DNA of 64,000 nucleotides from Octopus sinensis (GCF_006345805.1 NC_043011.1:9176001-9240000), one strand, 5' to 3'. Counted from the stretch's first letter, positions 40,536 to 55,125 are shown. Numbers and translations: made by a program. Notes: a model not told the origin generated them from the sequence alone.

Positions 40536-41442
40536 ATCGATAGTTCTAAATCATCTCCCTTTTCCTTAGAGTCACTAACAGCTGCCTCTAAACTTTTAAT
40601 CCACTGATCACCTAAATTCAGTTTACTGAGAATCTTCTTACCTTACTCAGCACATCGGCATCTCATCAACGTACTTCAGAGTAACTTCCTTTAGCAGCAG
40701 TTATTAAAATTGTCCTGACCCTAATTATTCGTACCACGTATTCTTACTTCTTAAAACCCTCTGTCTGCAGGTTGAACTAACTTGAAAATATTATTTTCCT
40801 CCGAAAATCGAAACATGTCACTCTACCTGTGCTAAAGATTACATTTTAACTCTAAACATCGAAGTTCAATTTTCTGTGAAATCTGTTCAGACATAATCTC
40901 ACCTTTTATTTGAAGGTCGTAAACAAATGCTACAAAGACTTTTGTTCTCTTTCTCCAAGTAAGAAGTAAATATCAATACATCGAGAACATTTCACGCACG
41001 TCATTCATTGCGCCAGCTTCTGAATTGTAATAATAATATTTTGGTCCCAGAGTTAAACTGATTTTAACATAATTCGAACATTCGATGAGGTGAGTTGATT
41101 GTGAAATCTATTGGTTAGCCGCGCAATGAGTAGACGATAATCAACTCGGTTTGAGAAAGCAGGATAAGTCAATCACGCCAGATGATTTAAGCCTGCATTA
41201 TTGCCACCTTAATTAAGGGAGATAATCACTCTAACCAGATAGAAATTCATGCTTCAGCTTCTTTCAACTTACCATTTCACCGAATCTCAGTCATCTGTTG
41301 CCGAGTTGTTGTGACATTTTAATCTTTTCACGTAGGGGTGGACGGGTATCGTGTTATTGCCACATTTTCCGTCATAACAGTCTGCTACTTTTACAATTTA
41401 CCGCTTACTTATTTCATACCATCTGTACATTATTCCCATGAG

Positions 41443-41747
<305 letters not shown>

Positions 41748-41813
41748 GATAAATTTCCTCTATTTACATAATATTGAGGTCTCTTTCTTTCTTTTGTTAT
41801 CTTACCGTTTTTA

Positions 41814-41895
<82 letters not shown>

Positions 41896-42720
41896 AAAGG
41901 CTATTCAAATTCATAGTTCGACATGTATGTCTACTGAACAAGTTGCCGCTATTTTCTAATTGGAATTCCTTTGAAATCGGTAGCGTTGTTAGCACAAGAG
42001 TCAGACTTTATCGTAATTCTGGTAATTAGGGTGACCTAGTCGTTTCGTTATTCTGGCAATTGGGACAATCTCATAGATTTAGACATTATTCCGATCTTTG
42101 ACACCACCTGGTGGTTGTTGTGTCTGGTTCTCCGGTAGACTATTTCTAAATCATTTCCGTATTTCATTAGACAGATTATGGTATGGATAAGACAAAGGAA
42201 CTGGAACGCTTCGGCATCTTACACGACTGTTTTTCTTGTGTTCTTGGAACTGTTTCAGTCACCTCGTTGCATTTATAACGGAATCCTTATCGTAATAGTC
42301 ATTACTTCTGCTAATAATATTCTCTGATTTAGCACAAGGTCAGCAGCTTTGAGGGGAGGGGCTTAGACGATGTCGCTGAACTTGTACTTGACTGCTATTT
42401 TATCCTATAGACCCTGCAAGGTGAAAGACAAATTTGACCTTGGCGGAATGTGAACTCAGAACGTAAGGAACCGGAAAAAAAATATCACAAACCGATGTTT
42501 CAGACGCTCTAATTATTTTTACTGTATACTTACAAATTCCAATAATAGTAGGAGACTTCTGGAGGCTAGGTCCATTCTGATGTGTTTTGATGAACCGTGG
42601 AGAATTATGCCGACCGCGATACGATTTGAATTCAGAACCCTGAATAAAGCAATATATATACATTGCAATAAAGCAATATATATATATATATATAAATTCT
42701 GCAAGAACTTTCTTGACAAC

Positions 42721-42756
<36 letters not shown>

Positions 42757-42762
<6 letters not shown>

Positions 42763-43979
42763 TGTCAAGAAAGTTCTTGCAGAATTTTTGATTTGGGTTT
42801 TAAATGATGTATTTTCAAATTAATTTACATTAAATTATTTTGACTTTATATATCATTTTAAAGCCCGTTTTTAGCTCTATTTAATCGTGTTACTCTTTTT
42901 CTTTTTGAATAATTAGGCCATTTTCCCGGAACGTTGAATACAACATAGACAAAAATCAAATTCGCACAATTTTCTTATTCCAGTTCAAGCTAGGCCGAAA
43001 AGCTGCTGAAACAGCTCGCGAGATCAACGATGCGTTTGATCCAAGGAACCACTAATGAATGTACAGCACAATAGTGGTTCAAGAAATTTCGTAGTGGTGA
43101 CGAAGGTCTTGAAGATGATAAGCGTAGTGGTCGGCCATCGGATGTTGACAACGATCAACTAAGAGCCTTAGTCGAAGCCAATCCACGTATACAATAATTT
43201 CCAACCACTTGAAAGAGATTGGAAAAACAAAAATACTAGAGAAATGGGTGCCGCGCGAATTGAACGACAACCAAAAAAGACGCTGTTTTGAAGTATCATC
43301 TTCCTTTCTTTTACGCAACAAGAACGACCCGTTTCTCAACCGGAGTGTGACTTGCGATGAAAAGTGGATTCTTTACGACAACTGGCGACGATCAGCTCAG
43401 TGGTTGGACGCCGACGAAGCTCCACGGCACTTCCCGAAGCCAATGTTGCACCAAAAGAAGGTCATGGTGACTGTTTGGTGATCTACTGCCGGTCTCATCC
43501 ATCACAGCTTTTTGGATCCAGGCGAAACCATTACGGCGGAGAAGTACTCTCAGCAAATGGATGAAATGCATAAGAAACTCCGACAACAACAGTCAGCATT
43601 GGTCAATAGAAAAGGACCAATTGTTCTACATGACAACGCTCAGCCGCACGTCACACAACTGACCCTGCTTAAGTTGAACGAATTGGGCTAAGAAACTGCC
43701 TCATCCGGTATACTCACCAGACCTCTCGCCTACTGACTACCACTTTTTCAAGCATCTTGACAACTTCCTGCGTGAGAAATGCTTCAAAAACCAAGGCGAT
43801 GCCAAACACGCCTTCAACGACTTCATCGCCACCAGAACACAGACTTTTTTCGCTACTGGCATAAATAAACTTGTTTCGCGTTGGCAAAAGTATGTTGATT
43901 GTGATGGTGTTTGTTTCGATTAATAACGTACATCTGGATTTAAAGGCGAAAAACCGCAAGAACTTTCTTGACAACCTAA
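42757..43979 (+). mobile_element. Mariner (Hsmar1-like, D,D34D) DNA transposon, degenerate transposase
   Basis: TIRs t(a/t)aggttgtcaagaaagttcttgc with TA on each side; WVPREL, VTCDEKWILYDN, LHDNAQPH and YSPDLSPTDYHFF motifs; stops and frameshifts. Confidence 0.93.
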
Positions 43980-46497
43980 TATATAATACAGTCAACTACA
44001 TCCTCTATTTTAAGATGTTGAGTCTGATGGCTTATCTAGTGCTGCCATCTACCGACCATGGCATAATTTAATATGAATTTCTTACAATGTCACAATAAGA
44101 AGGTTAATCAATTCTATCGACCTCAATACATGACTGGTACTAATTTTATTTCGTCGATTCCAGAAGGATGGAAGGTTATGCTGACATCAACCATATTTGA
44201 ACATTGAATGTTAAATAGCCTAAATACCACAAAGCAAGCTGAGCCGACGCTCTACCGATTCAGTCCAGTTCAGCGATCTAACTGATTCATGTCACAATAT
44301 TTTAGTATTAATTTTTATAGTTCACTTATTTTTCAAATGTGATAGACAATCAATATGCCTTAGATGATCAGTGGTATCCATCAATGGATGGTGAGCCCTA
44401 TCAAACATTTTCCAGAAAGACTTAGCATTTCCGGCAACTGAGAGACCTAAAGTAAAGACAGATGCTGGCCGTAGATTGTAACTAAAGCTCGAACTCATCA
44501 TCCTGACTCTATGTAGCCAGTCCTTCAATTTACATCTGCAAGGGGTAGGAAAAATGTAGGGCTTCGTTTAAATTCTGCTACAGATTACTGGAGACTTCGA
44601 ACGGTTTATCATTTGAAATATTTGTTGTACCATACAATTCCTTCTGAAATGCCGATTGTGTGTATTAAATAACGTTTCTACGACTAAAACTGTTCTCTTT
44701 TCTCTGTTCCTTGGGGTGTAACAGAAATTCGTTTTCGTGAAACACCTGCCTATTATCGAGGATCCGTATTCTTCTCAGGAGAAATGTTTTTTCTTTCTGT
44801 TTTCAGGTTGGTAAAACAGCGAAACGATAAACAAGTGATTTTCTCGTGTAGGTTTGTCTGGCCGTAAATTTCATTGAGCTTCGGTAGATATTAAGATATT
44901 TTGACTTAGTAACCGACGTTTGTATATTTGCATTATTGTCCTATCTTTCTTATCGTGAAACCCACTAAAATGTTTCTGTAAGGAAGCAGAATAAGAAAAT
45001 AATGTCGCTTTGATCTATCTGTTGTTAATTTACCGTGATGAATTCGATGCTTGAAATCGGATACGTGTCACCAAGCAGACTTTTAATGACATGAACAAAA
45101 CGAGAGCGAGGCTCTTTTATTCAATGGAACTCTTATGTCTAAATGGATGAAAAGCTTCTCAACATCAACAAACAAGGGAGATAAGTTCAATATATAAGTT
45201 TTTATGTTGAATCCTTAATTTAAATAATTCTGGAGCTTTTGGAACTTTTCAAATCTTTCCCGTGCAATGTCACTTCATAGTCCGGCGTTCTCTATTTGAT
45301 CTGAGTGAAAGTTAAACGGTGCGGAAGAGAATTTACAACTATTCACCATGAATGAAGCGCAAGTTAATCCAATGACACAGTCTTCGGTGGTGTGATGAGC
45401 TAGCTAATATTTTGTTTCTTAGTCAAACAGTTTTACGCGGGTCAGTCATTTATATTGACCTCAGTATTTGACAGTTACTTAATCCGCTAGAAGGAGCTGC
45501 AACATGGTCACGTGGCGAGCTAGAAGTAACACTTAAATTGCCGTTACATCATATCTTGCAGTCTTAAAAAATACCTATAATAATCCTAAAACTGGATGGT
45601 CGTGGTCAGAACGTCTTTGATCATGGTCTGGATTTAGACAACGACCACCCTTGAGAAATGACTGATCGTCGACACTGGTTTGTTTTGAACTTTGAACGTA
45701 AAGGTTCATAATTAAATATCAGCAGCCAACTTTGTTGGTCGCGCTAACGATCTTTCTCTCCGCTGCTCTAAACTCTCCATTCAGGCCATTGTCCTGCGGA
45801 CGCTGAATGGACATGAACTGAAGCAAAAGAAAATGATGTGTTTCGTCCAAAGACACAGTGCCCGGTACGAGAATCGAACCATCAACCTTATATTCGTGAT
45901 TACAACATCACCTCAACCACTAGACCATGCACTTTTACTAACCTTAGTCGATGAAGCCTCGTTTTAAAACCTCGATGTCGTTGTTTAAACTCAAGCTAAC
46001 TCTGGTCAATCGAAACCAGGATCAAAGGCATTCCAACCGTGATCATCCAGTCATATTCTGGTCATTTTGACTTACTAACAATTCAATTCGTTCTTTCGTT
46101 GTTTTTTTTAAAGAAAGTAGGGTGTAACATGAGTGATATCTGGCTGTTATTTCTAACAAGTTTTACCATCACTTAGCAGCTCCCTCGATGGATCAATCTT
46201 GTGTTTAGTAACAAGAGAGAAAACAGCCCCATAACGTGTAATGCCCGCCTCTCTCAATCAACAACCCCTTGATAAAATGAATGAGAAACTTCCATTTCTA
46301 ATGTAATCAGTGAACTGTATCAAGCTTGGCTTGCTCATTTCTGAGTTCGATCTCCATCATTGATTATTACTTCCGGAAATGTTAGCACCTCCAGGGACAG
46401 GTATGAATACCTCACAGAGTTAACTCACCCATTTTAATTATACCTTGTCAGAAATGATTACTACTATAACGAAATATATTTACACAAGTATCTCAAT

Positions 46498-46567
<70 letters not shown>

Positions 46568-47474
46568 TATTTGTTGCGTTGCTGACATTATCCTGTCTAA
46601 CAACCGAGCTTCACAACGATCCTTACTGACCACACTGACGCTATTTGACCAGCGACGATACTCGTGAAACACAGAGTAATGACAACATTACAATCAATAG
46701 TTCGGCTCTCATTTCGTATTGAGCATTTTTCACAGTTGTTGGTAAATCAAAAGCACACACAGACAATCACATCAACACCAAAGTACACGAACGAACCACA
46801 AGTTAATACACATCCATACACGTTCACTAACTTGCATTACCCAGCCACTCCTCTGCACACACACACACACACACACGTATATATGCGCACTTAACTTTAC
46901 ACAGATGGACACACACACATATATAATTTACATCTATACTTATACATTCATGCATGTATACGTACACACACGTACACGCAAACACACAGATATAGCACAC
47001 ACGCACACGCAAACACACACATATAGCACACACGCACACGCAAACACACAGATATAGCACACACGCACACGCTCCTGCCCTCACAAGTCTATGTTCTCTC
47101 ACCATTTCACTATTCTCTCACAACTAAATCTATTAAAATTCGATCGATGAATAATCGATATTAAAGCTGATTATTTAACTCTCTATTAATCTTCTTTCAA
47201 TTCTCACCTTTTTATTTAATATCTGATTAGAAGAGGTCAAGGTTTAGAATTATACATTTGAATAAACTGACGTCAACCCAATACGATTTCGAAATTATTG
47301 TACCGTGAGTGTAAAATTCCAGAATTCCCTTACACCAGGTCATCATTTGCATGATTAAATTGGAAAATATCAATACCATGTATATATATATATATACAAA
47401 CATACACACATATATATTAAAGATCAGAAAAAAGTATGTATATATATATATATATATATATGCATATGTGTATG

Positions 47475-47539
<65 letters not shown>

Positions 47540-47592
47540 TAGTTATAACACAGCCCTTAAGACATTTGTAACAAATATAAATATGGTATATA

Positions 47593-47643
<51 letters not shown>

Positions 47644-49083
47644 TATATATATGTATATACACATATATATATCAAAGAGTAAAAAATCAACAAAATAAAT
47701 AAACAACTCAAAAAATGAAAAATTCCAACACAATAAATAGATTCACTCGACGAAAGAAAGAGCGTCTTTCTTCTATTGTTGTAAAAGGTCTTAAAACTTT
47801 CTGTCTCTCAATCATCAAAACGAACAGTGTTGTTAAATATGTCCGCCGTGATCTGCGCATGTCTCTGGCAGCCATGTTTCTTTTATTTTATTCCGGTTTT
47901 TCCTTGTCCGTTTTCTTATTTTCCTTCCTTTCCCACGTCACAAATAAATAATAAATCACAAGAAAACTATTTTCGTATGTATCCACGATGTAAAATAACC
48001 AACAGTGAAGGCTATAGTAGTGGTAGCGGATGTTAAATTGGTTGATGTTGTAGTCGTATATAATAATATTTGTTGTTATTGTTGTTTATTGTGGTTGGCG
48101 TGACTGAAGTACAGTGGAAATGCTGCAGATCAAGTTTTCATAAGTGTTACCAAGATTATTTCTATTGCTGTTGTTGTTGTTGTTATTAATATTATTATTA
48201 TAGTTGTTGGTACAATTTGATCCTTGAGAAAACATCCGATAGTGAAGGCACTTATTGGTTGGTATTATATAGAAATGATTAGATATTCGTGTTCTTGCTA
48301 TTGTTCCAGCCACTATATACGAAGAAGACAAATGTGATAGTCTTGAAATACCTCCATTTAAACAAAAGTGTACATGTCAGATCTTCTTGATTTCACTTTC
48401 TTCGGCAAATGCTGTTATTTCACCATTTCATAACGAAAATCCAACTCATTCGATCTTCCATTAAACACTGGCTTGTATTTCATAGAACAAAAGACTTAAC
48501 TGGGAAACATTGGTAGCTTTTGGTACAGTATTAAAATCCCACCTCTTCCTCACTATATATATATATGTATATATACACAATGATGTTACAGAGGAGGAAG
48601 AGGAAAAAATGAACAACTGGATATTCATGGTTGTTGTTAAGCTTTTCATCCCAGGTGGCATATCACTAGCTTTCCCTTATTATTTTGCTATGTTATATCG
48701 TGGGAGGTGCTTCTATATAAAGTTGACGTCTTGAATCTTCAAACCTCATCACGTTATTTCTCCCACGACTCAATCAAAAACACCAAAACAATTTTTGTCT
48801 TCTTCGACTGTAAACATTCTGGGACTTCAGGGAATCCCAGTACGATAGACAGATGGCATTGTAGATACTATCGTATATGTTAGTGGTAGTAGTGGTGGTA
48901 GTAGTAGTAGTGGCAGCAGCGGTGGTGGTAATTGTATAGAAAGTGGTAGCGGCGGCGGTGGTAGTGGTGGTGGTGGTGGATACTGTGACTTTATTTTGCT
49001 TGATCTTGTTGTTGATTTTTAAATGTTATTTTTTTTTTGTTTTTTTTTTAATGTTTTGGGTTTAGAGACAAAACATTTTAAAG

Positions 49084-49133
49084 TTATTTCTCACCATCAG
49101 GGAAAGGACCAGACATAACTCTCTTAATGAATT
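49084..49133 (-). CDS. Myosin essential (catalytic) light chain paralog B, last coding exon
   Basis: Acceptor tttctctttccag; encodes EFIKRVMSGPFPDGEK*; AATAAA about 90 nt downstream (48990-48995). Confidence 0.93.
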
Positions 49134-49424
49134 CTGGAAAGAGAAAAATTAATATTATTATTGTTGTTGCTGTTGTTGTTAGTAGTAGTAGTATAATGAT
49201 TTCTCGTATGGGTTTGAGATTACAAAGACTTTTTTGTGGGGTAGGGATGGAGGTATTCGTAATTGGTATTATTTTCTTATGCAAGGCTGAACGGCAAAGT
49301 CAACCTCTCGTTTGGGACATGAACTCTGAGTATAAGAAACATAACTAAACACCACAAGGTATTTTGTTTTGACGCTCTACCGAGTCTGCTACCCATCAAA
49401 TAATAGTAATAATAATTATTATTA

Positions 49425-49664
49425 TTTCAAATTTTTGCCACAAGAGCAGCTTGGGGGAGGTGGGGACGAGTCGATTACGTTCACCCCAGTATTTAACTGG
49501 TACTAATTTTATCGAATCCGGAAGGTTGAAAGGCAAAGTCGACCTCGGCGGAATTTGAACTCAGAGCGTAGCGATGGGCAAAATGCCACTAAGCATTTCG
49601 TCCAGCCTGCTAACGATTCTAACCCCCAGCTCACCGCCTTCATACAACAATAATAATAATAATA

Positions 49665-49708
<44 letters not shown>

Positions 49709-49855
49709 GTTTTAAATTTAAATTTTGGCGCAAGGCCAGCAATTTTGGAGGAGGGCCTAAATCGATTAAATCGACCCCAGTACTCAACTGGTATTTATTT
49801 TATCAACCCCAAAAGGATGCAAAGCAACAATCGACCTTTGTGGAATTTGAATATA
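49425..49855 (-). mobile_element. Two SINE family C copies in ELC-B intron
   Basis: Cores at about 49425-49640 and 49715-49855, separated by (AAT)n. Confidence 0.75.
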
Positions 49856-50194
49856 ATAATTAATAGAGAATAAGATTAATTTCCAAAATGATGTTTTGCA
49901 AGACATTTACACACACACACCGGTACACACACACACACACACACGTATTTACGTAGAGAGCACGAGAGAGAGTCAGTAAGGCTGAGAGAAAAGGGAGATG
50001 GATACAAATGGAAGAAAAAGGGAAAGCATAGGTAGAAAGTGGGAGAGAAAGAGAGCAAAAGAGAGATAAGGAAGAGAGAGAGAGGGAGAGAGGTAGTGAA
50101 AGCTGTATAAAGAAGGGCAAAGAGAATGTGTGCGTGTGAGGGGGGGGGTAATAGAATGAATGATGTCGGTTTGTATTGAAATGAAAGAAGTTAC

Positions 50195-50281
50195 CTTCAT
50201 ATTTGATGTTGCCATCGATGTCTTCTCTGATATCGCAGAACTGAATGATTTCAGTCATTTGTGCGTCAGTGATTTTCTCTC
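50195..50281 (-). CDS. Myosin essential light chain paralog B, 87-nt exon
   Basis: ctctacag/gtaact boundaries, phase 1-1; encodes GEKITDAQMTEIIQFCDIREDIDGNIKYE. Confidence 0.95.
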
Positions 50282-50736
50282 CTGTAGAGACAAAAGCAAC
50301 CAAGAAAAGAGGCCAGAGTTAGTTTCAAGCAGCGGGGAAGAAAAAAAAATGTCAACAGAATAACAATAATAATAATAATTACACATACATATACACATAC
50401 ATACATAGACATACATATGTACATACACGCGCACACACACATATATTCTACATACTCTCTCCTTCCCTCCCATACACACGCACCAACGTATACTCACACA
50501 CACACACACACACACCACACACACACACATATATATGTACACACAGATCCTTCCTTTCGTACACATACATTTACGTGCAGATGCACACGCATACATAGAC
50601 ATACATACGCACGCGGACATACAATGAACACATTACATATACGTTCACTTAGATACATACACACATACACACACGCACACACATGCACACACACATACAT
50701 ATGCACACACATGCAGATCAACACAGATTTACTTAC

Positions 50737-50904
50737 CCAAGGACTTAAGTACGTTTCTCATTTCTGCCGATGAGATGAAACCTTGACCCTCTCTGTCAAA
50801 GGTTTTGAATGCTTCCATAAAGTCAGCGTTTGTACCCTTATCTTTTTCCAAGCTCATTTCTTCATAGATTGGCAAGATTTCTTCCAGTTTGTAAGATTTC
50901 TCAC
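50737..50904 (-). CDS. Myosin essential light chain paralog B, 168-nt exon
   Basis: gacag/gtaagt boundaries; encodes GEKSYKLEEILPIYEEM...FMEAFKTFDREGQGFISSAEMRNVLKSL. Confidence 0.96.
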
Positions 50905-51207
50905 CTGTCAGGTAAACCAAAAATAATGCAATTAACATTTCATATTATTGTGTTAAAGAACATTAAAGAATTTTTTTTAGAGCTGAGCAATATAACAATT
51001 GAAATAACGAGTCTGTGTGGGGTTTAATGAACTTGCTAGAAATAGCAGTCTGATACGATTGGAAAGTACAGCCTATCGTATTCAGAAGATTAAAGTACTG
51101 CCAGCCGTCACTCACTGACGAGTTTGACTTGCTAACGTGTATCATGCTCTTGTTATTTGTGTTATGATGTTTATGTAGTCGGCATCGACACTTCTTGGCT
51201 GTCCATA

Positions 51208-51244
<37 letters not shown>

Positions 51245-51694
51245 ACACACACACACACATACACACACACGCACGCACGCACACAGTGTGACAGCACGCC
51301 TTTCGTGCAAGTCTGATAAAGTGCCTCTCCAATGTCTAAAACCATCAACATTATGGAAATTTTCACTTCGAACTTTTGCGTAAACAGGTGTTGCAAGCAG
51401 AGTTGGTAGAGAAACAATTGTAAGAATTCATTAAAAATGTGTTAAAGAATTTTCTGTCTTATCATTTGGATTGCACACACACACACACAATATATATATA
51501 CACACACGCACATACATATACACATGAATGCACACACATGCACACGCACAATATATATATAAAAATATATATGCATGTATGTATGTATGTATGTATGTAT
51601 GTATGTATGTATGTATGTATACACACACATACATAGAATACATGCATGTCCACGCATGCGCATACAGCTAGATAGAGAGAGAGGTTATACTGAC

Positions 51695-51841
51695 CCATCT
51701 TCTTGGTACCGCCATGCTTGTGAATCTGTGCTTCTGTTGGGTTCATTCCCAGACACCGGAGCAGATCCCCCACTTTGTAAGCATCGACATCTCCATCACG
51801 ACCATCCCAGAAATCAAATAAGTCGAACACCTCTCTTACTT
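51695..51841 (-). CDS. Myosin essential light chain paralog B, 147-nt exon (EF-hand 1)
   Basis: tttacag/gtcagt boundaries; encodes EVREVFDLFDFWDGRDGDVDAYKVGDLLRCLGMNPTEAQIHKHGGTKKM, near-identical to squid mantle myosin LC-1 as recalled (confirm by BLAST). Confidence 0.96.
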
Positions 51842-51961
51842 CTGTAAAGATAAACATTAAAAAATTGGGTGAGTGAAAAGAATCCCAACAAACAACGGAA
51901 TTCTGACAATAATACACTTATGAAAGGAAACATTATACTCACCTAAACACACACACACACA

Positions 51962-52295
51962 CTACGGCTCTCCGTCGGTTACGACGACGAGGGTTCCAGT
52001 TGATCCATCATCGGAACAGCCTGCTCGTGAAATTAACGTGCAAGTGGCTGAGCATTCCACCCGTGTACCCTTAACGTAGTTCTTCGAAATACAGGTACAA
52101 AAGAAACAGGAAGAAGGAGTGACAGAACGTTGTGGTGAAAGAGTACAGCACGGTTCGCCACCAGCCCTTGCTGGAGCCTCCTGGAGCTTTAGGTGTTTTC
52201 GCTTAATAAACACTCACAACGCCCGGTCTGGAAATCGAAACCGAGGTCCTACGACCGCGAGTCCGCTGCCCTAACCATTGGGCCATTGCGCCTCC
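51962..52295 (-). mobile_element. tRNA-derived SINE, family B
   Basis: Head ggaggcgcaatggcccaatggttagggcagcggactcgcggtcgtagg...ggtttcgatttcc. A 3' fragment of the same family lies at 52338-52457 in the opposite orientation. Confidence 0.85.
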
Positions 52296-52457
52296 ACAAC
52301 GAATAATTTATATATACATCATATATATATATATATATTGGCCTGCTCGCTTAGCCAGCGGGGTGGCGTCATCCGAAGGCTAAAACAATGCGAACGCATT
52401 GTGACCAGCGATGTGTAACTACATCTGATGGACTGGTCGGTCACGTGATCATGTGAA

Positions 52458-52502
<45 letters not shown>

Positions 52503-52728
52503 AGGGAGGAAGAAAAAGAAGCAATTGATATATAGAAAGGTGTATATACAGAAGTCATACGAGACTTGTTTAAAAGCAATTAACTTTATCATTTTATTTA
52601 ATTTTAAACATCGTAACATATTCTTGTCAATAACACTTCTGTTGTTTCCTCATAACGGTCGAGAGAGGGAGAGTTATAATTTCCGTTATACTAGCTTATA
52701 TGTGTACATGCATAATATAATGCGAGTT

Positions 52729-52784
<56 letters not shown>

Positions 52785-53012
52785 AAGAGAAGGTGAGTGA
52801 GTATATGCGAGTGAGTGCATGTATTTGTGTGTCTATGAGTATGCAAATGTGCGTGAAACTGGCCCTTGTACTTTTCCAAATTCTAACAAAATTCAAAATT
52901 CTTTGATTTCTCGTCAGTCAGCCACTCTTTAGTCCTTAGTCTGCGAAAGAATAAAATGTCACTACCACCTCACTCCATGTTTCCTCTCCCACTCCATGTT
53001 TCTAAGACAGAC

Positions 53013-53050
<38 letters not shown>

Positions 53051-53099
53051 TAATCATAACAATTTGTTTTATTGGTGACAAGTTGGATGGATGAGGGAC

Positions 53100-54050
53100 A
53101 GTTCATGAAGATGTTACAAAAAGTGTGTGGCGGTAGGAAGGTTCTTTACATTGAGTGAATAAGAAAAGTGAAAATGAAAGTAGAGACAATATAAACATTG
53201 TCAGCAGAGGAGATCCAAAGGGAGCCGAAGAAATGCCACGTTTTCTCCTTGCTACCAATAATAAGTCTATTGTCAAGAATATAATTCTCAGGCCTATTCG
53301 AGCCATGCTCCCTCACTCCTTCTCCTACCATTTGATGAATTTACCAGAGGATAGCACTTCTCCTGGTTCACTTTCTCCACAAGGGTTTGGCCGAAGAGGA
53401 AAATGTCTGCCTTTAGACCTTCCATTGATGCCCACCACCCTTGAACAGAAGAAAATTGCCTTCATTTCCCACTCAAAGGCAACAATATTTGTGGTGATTT
53501 CTTTGGATTTGTCGAAAGACAATTTTTTGCCGAAGGAAGAGTAATTACCATCATTATTATCGGTAAAATACGAGATCAATATCAATGCTTTCCAGTATTA
53601 TTTCTGCTTCCGTGTTTCATTTGGAAGGCTCGTGATCCACGAGCAAAACCATTTCAGTTGCTTTCGCCTACTCAGCTCTAAGTGCGTACCCCTACGACGG
53701 ACTGGCGCCCCGTTCAGGGAAACGTTGTGGTCTCGGGTTCTTATACGCCCGGAACTTAAGACAGTAGAGTCCAGGGCTTGACGAAGATGAGTGTCTCAGA
53801 GGACAGATAAAGATATGACGGAGAGAGATTCTTTATTGAAGAAAAAGTTACTGAAATATGAATCTGAGGTGAGAGAGAAAAACTTAGTCTCTGATGAATT
53901 TGCTGGCAGGATCGCTCTGGTGTTGCTTCTGTGGATATACACAAAGCTTTTTATGGTAAACAGGGCAAATTTTTTGACATGAAAAGAAGTTTCTCGGCCA
54001 GTTCGACCCTTCAATAGAAGGGCTTTCGTGTCACCTTAAACTGAGCCAAC
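53100..54050 (+). mobile_element. Highly degenerate R2/NeSL-like non-LTR remnant
   Basis: Weak RT-like SPQGF..RG.C and VVISLDLSK, then RLE-like KKLLKY; tentative. Confidence 0.35.
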
Positions 54051-54197
54051 ATGGAGATACAACTCACATTGGTTTAGACTTAAATTTACCCACGCAATTT
54101 TACGAAAGGCTGCGCAGTTTATTTTATTCAGATTATGCCACATTTATAGTTTTTTTTTAATCTCACAATATGCTACCTTTGAGTCAACTAAAGAAAT

Positions 54198-54232
<35 letters not shown>

Positions 54233-54280
54233 TTATATTTTGTTGGAGTATAATCTGGATAAAACATTAGACACGTAATT

Positions 54281-54320
<40 letters not shown>

Positions 54321-54719
54321 TGGGTGTGGAGACAGAAGAGTGAATAGAAACCGTAGTTATGGAGATGTACTAAAGCAGTAAAGATAAATGTAATATAATG
54401 GAGTTAGTATTGATGACAATGATGATGATATTAAGGACAACGCTGGAGGTAATGATGATGATGATGATGATAATGGTAGTAGTAGTGGCGGTGATAATGG
54501 CGATGATAGGGTAACAAGAAAAAATATATCCCCACCTCCCCCACAAAAATGGTAACTAGAGAAGGCGAGGTGGTAAGGAATCCACGACATTTTTTATAGA
54601 TGCGGTAATGGATGGATAAACACGGTGGAAAGGGGATGGGTGTTGAGAGATAGCAACACGCCCCCCACCCCTATAAGTAGTAGCAGCCGCAACAGACAAG
54701 AAGGGCGCCGGGGTGGCAG

Positions 54720-54860
54720 TGCTCCATCAGTTGCTGATAAAAGAGAAGCCAGCTCCGTGTATCCTGACTGCCATTTATGGTGATGAGAAACTGGGATGCT
54801 GGCTGGACTATAAATAAGTCGGACGAGCTCAGTTGAGAACAGATTCTTACCTATTTGGCA
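54720..54860. promoter_or_regulatory. Candidate muscle cis-regulatory module
   Basis: Perfect CArG CCATTTATGG (54771-54780), MEF2 consensus CTATAAATAA (54808-54817), E-boxes CAGTTG (54728-54733 and 54830-54835), in unique sequence 2.9 kb 5' of the first detected ELC-B exon. Confidence 0.5.
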
Positions 54861-54908
54861 CAAACAACACGTTGCCTAATGATATTTGATATAGCCTGCT
54901 GCTCGAGG

Positions 54909-54963
<55 letters not shown>

Positions 54964-55079
54964 CACACACATATACACACACATCTACCCCACACATTTA
55001 CACGCATGTATTGTACTAATATGCAATTAATTTTGATGCGTGTGTGTGGTGTGTGTGTGTGAGTGTGTATGCATACACT

Positions 55080-55125
<46 letters not shown>

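Noticed and set aside
44346-44390. 45-nt symmetric exon candidate DNQYALDDQWYPSMD
   Set aside because: No recognisable homology or partner exons.
48377-48411. Possible alternative ELC-B terminal exon (AFAEESEIKKI*)
   Set aside because: Weak acceptor, no similarity to ELC C-termini, and it lies beyond a plausible poly(A) signal.
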